Positions 1 through 13,721 of a DNA stretch of 64,000 nt are shown here, piece after piece (position 1 is the stretch's first letter; every line of letters begins with the position of its first letter). Source of the stretch: Hemiscyllium ocellatum. Its lineage: Eukaryota. The stretch lies in contig NC_083406.1 in the NCBI RefSeq assembly GCF_020745735.1, forward strand, positions 72,951,164 to 73,015,163, given 5' to 3'. The notes under the pieces were generated by a model. It ran no database searches. It saw only the letters and a program-made list of their open reading frames with translations, and was not told the origin of the DNA. Both the position numbers and the translations under genes were made by a program.

Positions 1-79
1 GCAACTGTAACAATAGTAGAGTATGGCACTGGGTACAAAACCACACGGAGAGTGACTGTGAGATATCAGAGAAAAGATG

Positions 80-330
80 GTGGCAAACTGGAGAAGGACA
101 ATCTTCTTCTTACATCTCTGGGTATTCCTCCAGATGGATTAGGCTGCTTTTAACCAGCTGGCAATTTGAACCAGCCTGGTAATGTCTTGTGTCATGGCCT
201 CCACTGCTGGTCCTAGAGCAGAAAGAAGGACTGTGTTGGCACCATCCCATTCAGCACTACCCACTGTACCCTGCCCAGGAAACAAAGCATTGGTTTTCCC
301 CCATTTACAATGTCTGAGGCAAATGTCAGA
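80..330 (-). mobile_element. Decayed PIF/Harbinger Myb/SANT-like ORF relic
   Basis: Frameshifted minus-strand translation ...DQQWRP*HKTLPGW / IASWLKAA*SIWRNTQRCKKKIVLL resembles the AW..IA..V...RT..QCRKK motif. Confidence 0.4.
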
Positions 331-1454
331 AACTGTGCAGGGCAGCTCTGGACTGGTGGTACTTGAGTGCGTGCATCACATCCTCTTAAAGATGGCATAG
401 GTGCAAGTGCCATTATCAAAGATGTCAATTGTAAACACGCTGCTTAAATGCTATTAACTGGGCTGGCATTGTCAGCAGTTCATAGTGTATAGAAATCTAA
501 TTACTAAACATTAACATGAGAGATAAAAAGAAGGATTAAGGGGTAGCTGGTAAACTTTAAAAGCAGAATAAAGTAGTGATTGTTGAATTTCCTAGCTTCA
601 AAGACATCTCAAATCAACAGGAGAAATACAGGCAGGAAAAGTGCTCCTAGATTACAAAAAGCCTGAAAGAGACTATACAGGTAGTTTAACAGAGGAAAAC
701 TTCTGTGACAACAGTTCTATGGAATTCATCACACATAATAAGCAAATTGCTTTGATATAAATGGCAGGTCACGTGTTTTTAAGAACAAAAGAGTCCTTTT
801 CAACCTCCTCACTACTATTTATCCTGAAACAAATTTCACTGAAAAAGCTCATTAACTGATCTTTTGCGCATTGCTATTTGTGGACAATTAATATATTCAG
901 AATGACTGTTACATTTTGTATTATAAATGCAACAACAATTTGAAATGATTTGGGATGTTCTGAAGCCATAGAAAGCTTGTTGTAAATGTATGCAATTTTG
1001 TTTTGCTTACTGAATCCTGTAATCTAATATTATATTCATTATATAATGTATTCTAAATATTTTTTCGGTCCATAGTTGACACACTTATGTTTCCCTGATC
1101 AGCCTTTGCTCATGTACATGGCAATTATACCAAATACAGTAAAATGTTTGTAAAGAGCACACCAATTATTTTGAAACTTCTCTTTTGTTTCCAATAGTTT
1201 GTAGTTGCGAGTTGAATAAAAGTGGATGGAACATCGATGGGAGGTCGTGAGCAAGAGGGGAATAATCAGCATGGAAATGCAATTTTACAGCACAACAGTG
1301 AAACTGGTTGGGATACTCATGTTACATTCCCATTGAATAACGTTAAAGCACATTGTTCAAACATAAAATCATTCTGAAAATTATTTTTAGTGTAGATTTA
1401 TTTGCATTTCCTTTTTTCTCCAGAATTACCATTTACTAACACTGTAGCTGGAAA

Positions 1455-2325
1455 TGTTACTCTGACCAGCTAGCACAAGGTGTGCATAATGGTTTCCTAT
1501 ATAATTGATATGTTGAAATGTTTTTTTCCACGAGGCTAAAAAAGAAATCAGTCTGCATTAGACTGTTTTATTGCCACTGCTCCACCTCACACCTGTGAGT
1601 TGTCTGCATATATAGAAATCAAACAGCTCTCAAATTTACATACTTCCACAAAATTTCAACCCACAGCAAACAACCGCATGGAAATTAGAAAGCTTTCGGA
1701 TTCAGTTTGACAGGGACCTGTTCAGGACCTTACAATGGTTCATAGAAAAGAGAGATTATTCAGAGAAGTTTGGAAATAAATTACCTCAGGGAATGAGTTT
1801 AGATGTGAAATTTCCAGAACAGGAATATTTGGTTAGAAACCTGCTTATTATCAAAGGATTAAGAATGTCTGAGATCTCAATTGTGTGAATATTCCAGGTA
1901 AAAGATCTTGCATCTCACAGGCCCGAAACTGTGAAGAAACAATTAAGTCAAAACCTATAGATTTGACAGAAACGGCATTTCTGTGGCTTTTGAATAACGA
2001 TAAAGCGATGGTGTTAGGGAGTAGATGAAATTTTGATTTGGTGTGTGCTTTGAAATCTATTAAACTGTTATGTTTAAATAGTTTACTTTATTTTACTTTA
2101 ATTCCTCTTATATAATAAACTTCTTTTATTCGTAAAACCAAATTTGCAGCCTCAGTGGTCGGCACAACACCGTGGGCTGAAGGGCCTGTTCTGTGCTGTA
2201 CTGTTCTATGTTCTATGTTCTATGTTCTGTGTACTTAATGTTTCTGCAGTCACATTAAATTAAATATGATCCCAGATTCTATTCTGGGATATGACTTATC
2301 CAGTGGTAATCTTTGGACTATAACA
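1455..2325 (+). mobile_element. Probable solo LTR, interrupted by a CR1 3' tail
   Basis: TGTTAC...TAACA termini and an internal AATAAA near 2115; no clean target-site duplication (TSD). Confidence 0.4.
2155..2228 (+). mobile_element. CR1 LINE extreme 3' end
   Basis: gggctgaagggcctgttctgtgctgta followed by a (TTCTATG)n tail. Confidence 0.8.
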
Positions 2326-2879
2326 ATATTCCCATCAAGTTTAGGGTAGGACTTGATTTTGTGAATCAGAAATGTTGCATATGGTGTTTGTGACTAAGGA
2401 ACAAGAGTATACCCCATTTGATCCATAGGATTGTCATAGTTAAATCAGCACTGCAAATGTTCCTTAGGATTGCCCCCGGGAAGAAAATAAATGAATAGAG
2501 CCGTGGTTTCTGTTCTGGATGGCAGGATGCCCACTGGATTGGATTGCATCAACTGTGGTGACCTCAATTAGAAGCAAGTAGAATGGTTGCTTGGTGATAT
2601 ACTGGAAAATTATTACATAAGGAATTTACTCTGGCATGACTCACTACATTCCGGAGAACAGAAATTATAAAAATGCAATGTTGAGCGACAAACCTTGTTC
2701 TCGTGGGAAGCACACAGATGCAACCATAATATTATACAATGACCACTTCAGTGAGTAAAAACAACCTTCCAGAAATTTCTTTCACTTGAGAATTGTTTGA
2801 TTGCTCATTATACATCTGCAAACTGAAATTTTCAGCCAATAACAAATTTTACTTCAAATGACAAAAATTCTGTTCCTAC

Positions 2880-3813
2880 CTATTTCTTCGCCAAGGGAGG
2901 AATTCAATATTGAACCAGCAGATGTGACTACAGCACAATTTCTGTAGGCCTGTGTGTTAGTCCTGATCTTGTTCAGTGGTATTTTAGGAAAATGCTTTTT
3001 CCATCTAGCTGTAGAAAATGGAGCTTCCTTCCCGTCGAGGGTTCTTACTTTGATTTTGTCTTTGAGTTCACAGAGAAGCTCTTCTCCAATCATCTTTTCC
3101 GTGCCACTTTTCCTTTGAAACTGGACACCATGCCTGTTTTCATTCATATAGTCTTTCATAGCTTTCCGTAAACGAGGATTCAGCATCCCAGATGAAACAT
3201 TTCCTCTCCACAAGTTGGCAAGCACTGAACTGGATTTTGAAAACTCCAAGTCCTCTAGCTCTAAGGAATCTAGATTTTCAAGAAATGAGTCGACTTCATA
3301 GTTTTGTTTTTGCTTATTTTTTGATATCCTTTTGTGAGGTTTAGATTTAGTATCTTGAATAATTGTTTCCTTGTACATATTGCCATCTTTAGCAATTTTA
3401 ACTAGTGTATTTATTAACTTGTGTTGAATGTGCTGCTCGCTGCCAATCTTCATCTTCTCCACTCTTATCTTGACTTGAAGTTCACCATTATCTTCCACTT
3501 GGCTCCATTTTAGATTTCCATCATTCAAAGAATCTAAATGCAATGAATGCACAGAATCTTCATCATTCTCAAAGAAAAGGCTATTTTCTCTTTGACTTGC
3601 TGAGACCTTTGGATTTGGGAAAGCTCCCATAAAGACTCTCTGTTTACCCTGTACGGGGAAGAGCCTTCTTGTCTCAGTGAATGTGAAAGAGCTGGCTGGA
3701 CGCTCATCTGTTTTGGAGTCTGTGAAATATGTAAACAGCAGCAAGAAGACGAGTGCCCATGCCAGTATCCCAATCAGTACTAGCTGCTTCCACTGCTTGG
3801 TCTTGGCTTTCAT
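2880..3813 (-). CDS. ST6GAL2: First coding exon of beta-galactoside alpha-2,6-sialyltransferase 2 (cytoplasmic tail, transmembrane helix, stem, start of sialylmotif L); phase-1 intron follows
   Basis: The ORF begins MKAKTKQWKQLVLIGILAWALVFLLLFTYFTDS (ST6GAL2-type type II membrane N-terminus). It contains LWRGNVSSGMLNPRLRKAMKDY and ends in sialylmotif L CAVVTSAGSILNSSLGEEI. Donor G|GTAGGA has GT at 2879-2878. Kozak context ACAATGA. Confidence 0.93.
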
Positions 3814-3910
3814 TGTCCAAGCTGCACCAAACTCCTCTTGGATTCAGCACAGCTGGAGTGTGAAAAAGCCAGCTAAAAAACAATAAAATAAAGGACAGAT
3901 TTGATTAACA
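3814..3910 (-). promoter_or_regulatory. ST6GAL2: 59-nt 5'UTR part of the ST6GAL2 coding exon (3872-3814) with its splice acceptor, polypyrimidine tract and candidate branch point
   Basis: The minus strand reads tgttaatcaa...ctgtcctttattttattgttttttAG|CTGGC, with AG at 3874-3873. This implies an upstream non-coding exon. Confidence 0.8.
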
Positions 3911-4669
3911 GATAAGCATTACAGTGAGAAATGTCAAAAAAAGAGTTAGCAAAATCAAAAGACCTTATTTTAAAGAAGGAATCTCTGGTCACACCTTTTT
4001 TTTTAAAAAGGGACACTGCCACCATTTTTCAGGACAGGAGCAAAATAACGGGGTGTCTTTGTTGTTACAATGACATCACAAAAAAGGGGCAAAAGATGTC
4101 ACAACACAATGACGCATTGGCACAAATTCCTTTATCTGAGTCAAGTGCTTGCCAAAGTCTTTACCATTGAGACTGTACATTTTAAAAAGTACGATTAACC
4201 AATTTTTTTCATATAATACCTTTGTGGGATGGGGAAACGTTATCTTTTTATGTGGAACTTTTGGCAATATGCATGTGAGCATGGATAATTAACAATGATA
4301 CATTCATTGGAATTTAGGACGTTAACATGGTATTCAAAAGGCATCTCCACACCTCAGTTCCACACTGAAGTGTCACCTTACAATTTATGCTCAAGTCTTG
4401 AGTGGGGTTTGACCCATAGCTTCCAACACAGAGACTGACACCATTGATAAAAGAAAAATCAAAAACAAAATGCCTTTAAGAAACAAGCTGAATTTAAGAT
4501 ATTTGACAACTATCAGTAAAATAAGAATTATCAAAAGCAGAAAGTTTCCTTCACAAAGAGAACACTAATAAAAGATATCATTCACTTCATAGTGATTAAT
4601 GCCTTCATACAACACTTTTGAAAATAATACAAATAAATTAAAACCAGGGTCCATTTTTTTTTATATAGT

Positions 4670-5330
4670 ACACAGAAGTTACATGGAATTTACAGCACAT
4701 GCCATTTGACCCAAATAATCCATGCTGGCACTTATGCTACTTATCCTTTTTCTATGCATCTTCATCAAATTGTCAGCATGACCTTCTTTTCTATTTTCCT
4801 CTCATAAATGCTATTTTGCTCAACCATTTGCTTTGGTAGCAAACTCCACATTCCAACTAAAACCTGGGTAAAGACATTTCTTTAAACATTCTTTGGTTGA
4901 TTTCTTGGTGACATCCTCACATTCCCTTTTGTTTTGCTCATCCCCAATAGTGGGAATGCTTCCTCTCTGTCTGTACCATCAAAACATTTTGTAACTATCA
5001 GCCTTATCTTTTCAAGAGAAAAGAGATCTGATGTGTTTACCCTCTCCTGTTTGGCATAACCTATGCTTTTGATATGATTCTTCTAGATTTTTATTGCATC
5101 CTATCTTATGATTATATATCATTTTTTTATGTAGCAATCTGAACTGCAAATAACATTCTAAGTGTGCTCTGACCAAGATTTGGTACAAGTTGAGCATAAG
5201 CTCTCTATTTTTGAATTCCACCCCTCTCAAATTAAACCCTCGTGCTCTCTTTGTGTGTGTATTTTTTAGGATACCTTGCTGACCTGCATCGCTATTTTAT
5301 GTGATTTGTGAATTTATACACCCTTTATCT
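4670..5330 (-). mobile_element. Old CR1 LINE 3' fragment
   Basis: ORF2 C-terminal relic RGVEFKNRELMLNLYQILVRAHLEC. Confidence 0.7.
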
Positions 5331-5975
5331 TATCAGGAATTCCTCAGAGTCTTCATGAACTGCTCCAACACTGCAGAACCAAATACCTGGTCATCAGAAA
5401 ATCTGGACCATAATTTCTAATCTAATCTTCCAATAAAATGTCCATCTGATGCATCTGTTTGGTAAATACTGAAGCAAATAATTCTTTAATATTTCAACTA
5501 TTTTGTCATCATTGCCAAGGATTTTATCCTTTGCATCCCAGAGTGATTCTATATCCATTTCAACATCTTTATTTTTTATTTATGTACCTATAAAGTATGC
5601 AGCACTGTTTTATGCTCCTTGACAATTTAAATGCTTCTCTCCTATTCTTAATGCATTCTCTATTGTGATACTCTCCCCTGGTGTTCATACACTTAGTCTT
5701 TTTCTTATCATGACTTCAATTATTATTAGGTTTAAAACACTACCCACACCAGGAGTTGCACAAGGAAGATAAGACTCATAGTAATGTCTATTATCCATAG
5801 CTTGCTTTTCCTCAACCAGGTTAATCAATCTGAAGCAAGAAGCTATAGATTGAGGGGTTTCAGTCAACATCAAGCGTGCTGACTTGAAGGATCACCCACC
5901 CTTACTGTCTTCCATTAGCATGTTGGTAGGATTGGCAGGTTAACAATTAACCTGCTTGGCCATGTTATGACCTGG

Positions 5976-6080
5976 GGGAAAGTGAGGACTGCAGTTGCTG
6001 GAGATCAGAGCTGAAAAATGTGTTGCTGGAAAAGCGCAGCAGGTCAGGCAGCATCCAAGGAGCAGGAGAATCGACGTTTC
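5976..6080 (-). mobile_element. Penelope-derived short element (family A), single arm ending at the hammerhead GAAAC
   Basis: Near-identical to the arms at 27908-28011 and homologous to the 3' end of the Penelope element at 13591-13721. Confidence 0.75.
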
Positions 6081-8612
6081 ATATTAATAAATTCAATTGT
6101 GAATCAAGTCTGATAAATGTGATGACTTTGAGTACTAACTCTGTTTCTTCCTCAGATGCTGTTGGATTTTCTGAGTATTGCTAGAATTGTATTTTACTTT
6201 TCTTTCAAGTTTCAAAATTGTAGTATGTTGTTTCTTTGCCAGGTTTCTTTCATACTGGTTTAGGAAGGAGTTGCGTCGACACCGGGAGAGCTCCATTAGC
6301 GTATCCCTTTTTGTACTCCTTAGGGTTAATTAATTTTAGTGTGCTGCAAAATCTCTCTTTCTAGTTGATTTACCTAATTATTTTTTTCTCCTTCTCCCTT
6401 CCACTATTCAGGGTGTGTAAACTACCCCTATTAATTTGATTGATCTTGCATTATCTTATATCGATTCTACTTCAGCTTTACTGATAGTTACGCATTTATT
6501 TTCTAATGTCATTACAATAACTTTAATAAGCACAGTTATTTCACATCCATCTTTCTATCCTTTCCAAATGTGTTATGCTCTGCAGTGTGTTATTTCCATC
6601 CTGATTTTTCTGTAGCTATGCCTCAGTAATGTCAACTATATATGAATCATCAAAATGAATGATTGCCTCCAGTCATCCATGTTTTATTACAGAATTGTGT
6701 ATTGCTTTAACAGTTTAAATTATTAATAGAAGCAATTCTTCTCACTTTATCTTAGCCATCTTTTTGTATTCCTGTTCTAAAACACTATTTATTTCTTGAC
6801 CGTCTATGCCCTCCCTTAGCTTAATATGCCATAAAAATGTCCTTCCACTTTTATTTATAATTAATTTATTTCCATTCTTGTAGCTTTGCTATAACTTACT
6901 AATTTTAAACAATTGCCATTTGCCTTTGTACCCTTACTGCTGTCATACAGGTTCCATTCTACTTCAGGTGGAGCCTATTCAGGTTCAGTCTAATGAAATC
7001 TGCTTTTAAAAAAACATCACAAGACATTTTACATTAATATCTTCAAGAATGGTTTACCTATATTTTAAGCCACAACTGGCTCTTCTGGGGATGAAGTCAT
7101 GCTAGTCTTGAAGAGGTGGAAGGTGAGTGCATTCACTAGTGGAGGAAGGTCTCAATTCTAAGTCAATATGAACGCCAATAACTCAAGAACAACGAAGAGT
7201 CCAGAAGAAGTGAGAGCAGGGAAGCCATCTGCTGGTTAGGATCCCTTGCAGTGTCAGCTCTGAGATGGGTGCAAGACATTCTGCAGAAAACTGGAAGAAA
7301 GGAAGTTACATCATTCAAAATGAACAGTATCTGGACTCCTGATTCCCGAGTTAGTCATTATTTAGTCAGAATCAGTTATTACTGCCTAAGAAGATCTCCC
7401 AAAAGGTTTCCAATTATGCAGAATATTCCAAGTTCTTGACTGAGAAACTTGACCATCCATCTTTTCTTATGGCACAGTTTAGATCCCATATATATGTAAA
7501 GGAATGCAAAACAGAGTGCAATAACTCAATGAATCAATCTGATGTTTACCGCTGACTAGGCACGACATAACTCGAACAGAATGCTAATATAATTTCTTGT
7601 GATACAACTTTCTGTCCTTCTCTTAAATTTATTACTGGAAGGCAGTTTATGCTGACTCTTATTACAAGTGCAAAGGATTTGTAAAAACTGCAATCCATTT
7701 ACGGTTAGTTGACTCCTTTCATTTGGCACAGTCTGGTACTGCTTCCCAATAGTTAACTTTTTTTTAAGAACAAGAGGAAAAGAGCAACAGTGAATTCATG
7801 CATCTGCAGAGGGTAGGATATTGAAAGCAGCCTGGGATTTCAAATCTCAATCACAATAAATACCTAAAAGGGACAGAGTGAATACAAACCCTGTTCCTCA
7901 TAAGACAACACATCTGTTTCAAGTATTAATCTAAAAAAACCTTCTTCAAGCTGCTTCCAATGCAATATGCTTCCTACTCCAGATGGGATCTCATCAATGC
8001 CCTTATAGTTGAAACATAACCGCATGACTTTTTAATTCAATCCCCTTTGCAATAAATGACTGCATTCAATGAGCTTTCCTAATTATTTCCTGTACTTGCA
8101 TACAAAACTTTTGCAATTCATGCAGTAAGAAAATTAGATTCCTCTGCATTTCAAAGCTTTGCAATCTCTCACCATTTAGACAATATGTTTCTTTTTTATC
8201 CTTCCTGCCAAAATGGACATGTTTTCATTTTCCAATGTTTTGTTTTAATAATTCAAAGGATATGGGCATCACATAGTCTTTGTGTGCAGAAGCACTGTGC
8301 TCAGCATTGCAACTGGTCAGAACACTTAACAAGTGTTCAAAGAAAAGGGGATAAATATATAATATAATTTTATGTGCTAAAAATGTTTAAATACTTCAGT
8401 AAAGTCATCCAATGTCATGCCTGGAAGTGCTGAAAACATACAATCACACATAGTTCATGCATTGGTGCTAATTTTTCAACATTCCCTATATTTGGTGAAG
8501 ATTCCTTTAGACTGGAAAATACTAAACATATCTCCTTTATTCCATAAAAATGAGGGAGACAGAAAACAGTAAACTATGGGCAGGTCAGCTTAACATTTGT
8601 CACAGGGAAGAT

Positions 8613-9726
8613 AGACTCATAAATTCATAGCATGGAAACAGACCGTTCAGTCCAACTTGTCCATACCGACCAGATATCCTAAACTAATCTACAGTGAAAA
8701 AACAGGCAATTTGGCCCAATAAGTCCACACCGACCTTCCAAAGGGTAACCCACCCAATCCCATTCTCCTACCCCATATTTACTCCTGACTAATGCACCTA
8801 ACACGATAGGCAATTTAGCATGACCAACTCACCTGGCCTATGGGAGGAAACCAAAGCACCCAGAGGAAGCTCATGCAGACAATGGGAGAATGTGCAAACT
8901 CCACACAGACAGCTGCTCGAGGTGGGAACTCAGGTCCCTGGCACTGTGAGGCAACAGTGCTAACCACTGATCCACCGTGCTGCCTCCAATCTAGTGCCAT
9001 TTGCTAGCACTTGGCCATATCCCTCTAAACCCTTCCTATTCATACCTATACAGATGCCTTTTAAATGCTATAATTGTACCAGCCTCCACCACTTCCTCTG
9101 GCAGCTCATTCCAAACACACTCCACCCTCTGTGTGAAAACATTGTCCCTTAGGACCCTTTTTATATCTTTCCCCTCTCACCCTAAACCTATACCCTCTAG
9201 TTCTGGACTCCCCCACCTTAGGGAAAGGACCTTGGCTATTTACCATATCCATACCCCTTATAATTTTATAAACCTCTATAAAGTCATCCCCTTAGCATCT
9301 GATGTTCCAGGGAAAATAGCCTCAGCCTGTTCAGCCTCTCCCTATTGCTCAAATCCTCCAACCCTGGCAACATCTTTGTAAATCTTTTCCGGACTCTTTC
9401 AAGTTTCACAGCATCCTTCTGATAGGAAGGAGACCAGAATTTCATGCAATACTCCAAAAGTGGCCTAACCAATGTCCTGTGCAGCCATAACATGACCTCC
9501 CAAATCCTATACTTAATGCTCTGACCAATAAAGGAATGTATACCAAATGCCTTCTTTATCTATCTGTGACTCTACTTTCAAGGAACTATGAACCTGCACT
9601 CCAAGGTCTCATTGTTCAGCAACATTCCCCAGGACCTTACTATTAAGTCCTGCTCTGATTTACTTTTCCAAAATGTAGCACCTCACATTTATTTAAATTA
9701 AACTCCATCTGCCACTCCTTAGCCCT
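8613..9726 (-). mobile_element. CR1 (HER1-like) LINE 3' part with a nested SINE; itself inserted in an older CR1 fragment
   Basis: ORF 9284-9493 LVRPLLEYCMKFWSP...LERVRKRFTKMLPGLE and a typical CR1 3'UTR. Confidence 0.88.
8692..8985 (-). mobile_element. tRNA-derived V-SINE (HE1-like) nested in the CR1 3'UTR
   Basis: tRNA-like head and V-core GTGTGGAGTTTGCACATTCTCCC; flanked by the AATCTA duplication (8686-8691 and 8988-8993). Confidence 0.85.
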
Positions 9727-9774
9727 CTTAGAAACTAATTGTTAAAGACATTTCTAAAAAGAGACAACAAAGTG

Positions 9775-10176
9775 AAATCCATCCATAACATTCACCGTTC
9801 CACCACCAATATTCAGTAGCAGCAATGTGTACCGTCTATCAGATGCACAAGATTCACCAAGGCTCCTTTGATTGTATGTTCCTAATCTTGACCACTACAA
9901 TCTGGAAGGAAAAGGGCAGCTGGTACATGGCAACACCACCACCTGCAAGTTACTTTCCAAGCTACTCATCACTCTAACTTGGAAATATATCATTGTTCCT
10001 TTAGTGTTACTGGGTCAAATTCTGGAACTCACTCCCTAATAGCATTGTGGGTGTACCTATATCAAATGGATGTGGATTAAGAAGGCAGCTCACCACCACT
10101 TTCTCAAGGTCAACCAGGAATGGGTGATGAATTCTGGTTCATCTGATGATGCCCATATCTCTGAATGAACACAAAA
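9775..10176 (+). mobile_element. 3' fragment of a second LINE family (CR1/L2 supergroup)
   Basis: Homologous to 24895-25432 and to the minus-strand copies at 17041 and 18700; tail gcccatatctctgaatgaac. Confidence 0.65.
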
Positions 10177-11644
10177 ATATTCCCTCAGCCTGACATAATT
10201 ACATATTGATTGTCAAAGAAATGCATTGCAGTGTGTTGCTCATGATGTCTGTTGGGATAGATGATGGGAAAATAGCACACACCCTCTTTGTCTAGTATTA
10301 GCTGATATAATGTGTCTGGCAAGATTAATGGTTGCTTCTTTCAGTGAGTGGTAATGAACGCATTAGTGAAATGGCAAGTGAAGCCATGAGTGTTTTAAAT
10401 GAGAGTGTAGCCCAGATAGTGAGTGGCTGAGATGGATAGCTGAGTAAGTGGCTGGGTGGATAATTGGATGAGATGGGTGAATGGCTTAGTCAGTGAATGT
10501 GTGGGTGGATGGTGTTAGTAACTGGGTAATCCATTAAATAGTAAGGTCCATTGCGAGATTGGTGTGGGAGCAGTTGTGGAAGGATCATAATCAGATCTAA
10601 TTGGTCAGGTCAGTCAGGTAGTTGAGGTGTATTTAGGTTGTCATGATACAACTGACAGGTCAGGTCCTGTTGTGACTGTAATGAGTTAGTCTGAGAGTTA
10701 GTAGAATCTGGTCCAAAAGCTTAAACAGAAGATATGCATAACATTGCACGGATAAGTACCTGAAAAAAATGACCATAACCTTGTCAGCTACAATAAATTC
10801 CAGCCAATATATTCTCCCCAACCACCTCTCACACCGTAGTCTTGCACTTCCAAATTCTAGTAATCTCTAGCAGCTGCTAATCTCAGAGTTATCTATTTGT
10901 TTTTCTTAAATTTCATGCAAAAAAAAATCTTTTCTGGTTTGTTTCATATTTAGGAAAAACATCAAAGTGGGAAAGCTCAGTTATCATAAATAATGTTATG
11001 TCCTTTCAAACAAATGAATTAAAATGTTCCTGTTTACAAAAACACATACCTTTTTTAAACAGAAAACATAATGCGATATTTGACTAATGAAAGGTTATGC
11101 AAAACACTGTGAACAAATGGGAGTTAAATATGACCTCCATTTAAATTTGATTTACTGAACAAAATGTTAAGTGTATTTCATTCTTCATAATCATCCTAAT
11201 TAGTATGTTTGTCAATTTGCACTATCCTATTAAGGTGTGTTTAGTATAGAGATTGTCAAGATTGGTTATTGACAGTGCTAACACACCACACTAAGTTGTA
11301 AATATGAATGCATGTAAAAAAAACTCTTCTGCTGTATTTCAAGCAACCTTTTTATTTACAATAGAAACACTAGCTGGTTCTGTCACTGCTTCCTTCCCAC
11401 AAAATACTTCGCTTAGTTTCTTCTTTAGAAAAATTGCAGACTCCAGAGTTAGAATTTAAGTTAGCAGTTTCAGTCTGGCAAGCTATTGTACAGCCACAGG
11501 ATAATTCATGCCTATGATATTTGTTTTACTTTTCTCTTGAAATATCTTGCTTTGTACTTAGATACCTCATTAAAGGAGGGATGGAGGGGTGGGGGTTGGT
11601 TGAATTCAGAGGACTGCCAAATGATACTAAAATCAACCAGAATG

Positions 11645-13721
11645 CTCTAACAATTATGGACACTCACAGACACATCCTCCTACTGCCCCCTCAACCACGA
11701 CCTCACCTCCCATCATCAAACTATCATCCCTCAGACCATTCATCACCTCACCATCTCAGAGGATCTCCCATCCACCTCGTAGTCCTGGAACGCTACATTG
11801 TCTGATCAACCTCTTATCCAAAATTCACAAACCCGACTGCCCCAGTCTCAACCTGTTCCTGCCCCACCGAACGTATCTCCTCATACCTTGACACCGTCCT
11901 GTCCCCCTTGGTCCAGGATCTCCCCACATACATTCGGGACACTACCCATGCCCTCCACCTCATCCATGACTTTCATTTCCCCAGCACCTACCATCTCATC
12001 CTCACCATGGGCATCCAGTCCCTGTACACGTCCATCTGCCGTGGTGAAGGCCTCCAAGCTCTCTGTTTCTTCCTCTCCCGCCGACTCAACCAGTACCCTT
12101 CCACCGATACACTTAATCATTTGGTGGAGCTGGTCCTCACCCTCAACAACTTCTCCTTCTAATCCTTCCACTTCCTTCAGACCAAAGCAATGCCCATGGG
12201 CCCCTACTATGCCTCCTCTTCATCGGATACATGGAACAGTCCACCTTTCACAGGTACACAGGCACCAACCTCCACCTTTTCCTCCGCTACATTGATGACT
12301 GTATCGGCGCAACCTCATGCTCCCATGAAGAGGTTGTACAGTTCATCAACTTCACGAACACTTTCCATCCTGATTTCAAGTTCACCTGGACTATCTCAGG
12401 CACCTCTCTCCCTGTCCCCATCTCTGGCAACTGACTCAATACACACATTACTTCAAACTCACCGATTCCCACAGCTACCTGTACTACACCTCCTCCCACC
12501 CAACCCCCCCCCCCATAAAAATGCTATCCCTTACTTCCAATTCCTCTGCTTCTGCTAAAACTGCTCCCAGGAGGAGCAATTCCACTCCAGAATGTTCCAG
12601 CTGGCCTCCTGTTTCAAGAACCGCAATATCCCCTCCCCATGTGGTCAACAATGCCCTCCCGTGCATCTCCTCCACTTCCTGCACCTCCACCCCTCCAACC
12701 GCACCAAGGATAGAACCCCTCTGGTCCTCATCTTCTACCCCACTAATCTCCAGATACAGCGCATCATCCTCCGCCATTTCTGCCATTTACAATCAGACTG
12801 CACCACCAGAGATATATTTGCCACCCCATCCCTTTCAGCATTCTGCATAGACCATTCACTCTGCAACTTCCTCGTTAGGTTCACACCCTTCGCCAACCCA
12901 CCCTTCACTCCTGGCACTTTCCTTTGCCACAGCAAGAGGTGTAAAATCTATACCCGCACCTCCCCCTCACCTCCATTCAAGGCCCCAAAGGATCCTTCCA
13001 CATCCGGCAGAGATTTTCCTGCACATCCAAACACCTCATCTACTGTCTTTGTTGCTCTCAATGTGGTCTCCTCTACATTGGGGAGATAGGACGCCAACTT
13101 GTGGAACGTTTCAGGGAACATTTCTGGGACACATGAACCAAACAACCCCATCACCGTGTAGCTGACCATTTCAACTTCCCCTCCCACTCTGCCAAGGTCA
13201 TGCTAGTCCTGGGCCTCCTCCACCACCAAATCCCAGCTACCCATTGCCTGGAAGAAGAATGCCTCATCTTCTGCCTTGGGACCCTCCGACCACATGGTAT
13301 CAACATCTCTGGGTGTTGTTTCCTCCAGTTTCCTCATCTCCTCTTCCCCCATCTCATCCCAGATCCAACTCTCCAACTCAGCACTGCCCTCTCGAACTGA
13401 CCTACCTGTCCATCTTCCTTCCCACCTATCCACTCCACCCTCCCCTCTGACCTGTCACCCTCTCCCCCCACCTGCATCCACCTATCACTTTCCCAGCTAC
13501 CATCTACTTACCACCCCTCCCCCAGCCCTCAACTCACCTCCTATTTATCCCTCAGCAGCACCTACCCCACCACTCCCCAAACACACACACATTCCTGATG
13601 AAGGGCTTTTGCCAGAAATGTTGACTCTCCTGCTCCTCGGATGTTGCCTGACCTGCTGTGCTTTTTCAGCACCACCCTTCTCGACTGTGATCTCTAGCAT
13701 TTGCAGTCCTCATTCTGTCCT
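11645..13721 (+). mobile_element. Penelope-like retroelement, 5'-truncated and decayed: reverse transcriptase, GIY-YIG endonuclease and 3' pseudo-LTR with hammerhead motif
   Basis: RT motifs LPTYIRDTTHAL, TMGIQSLYTSI, LVELVLTLNNFSF and FLRYIDDCIG. GIY-YIG relic (CSQCGLLYIGE..R.L..RF.EH) at about 13040-13125. Frameshifts and stops present. Confidence 0.88.
13591..13626 (+). ncRNA. Minimal type I hammerhead ribozyme motif (family A, CpG-decayed)
   Basis: attc-CTGATGA-ag-ggc-tttt-gcc-a-GAAA-t-GTT-gact. Confidence 0.65.

Noticed and set aside
2854-2879. C-terminal GRNRIFVI of the 319-aa ORF
   Set aside because: Read-through into the intron; sialylmotif L is split at the GT donor at 2879.
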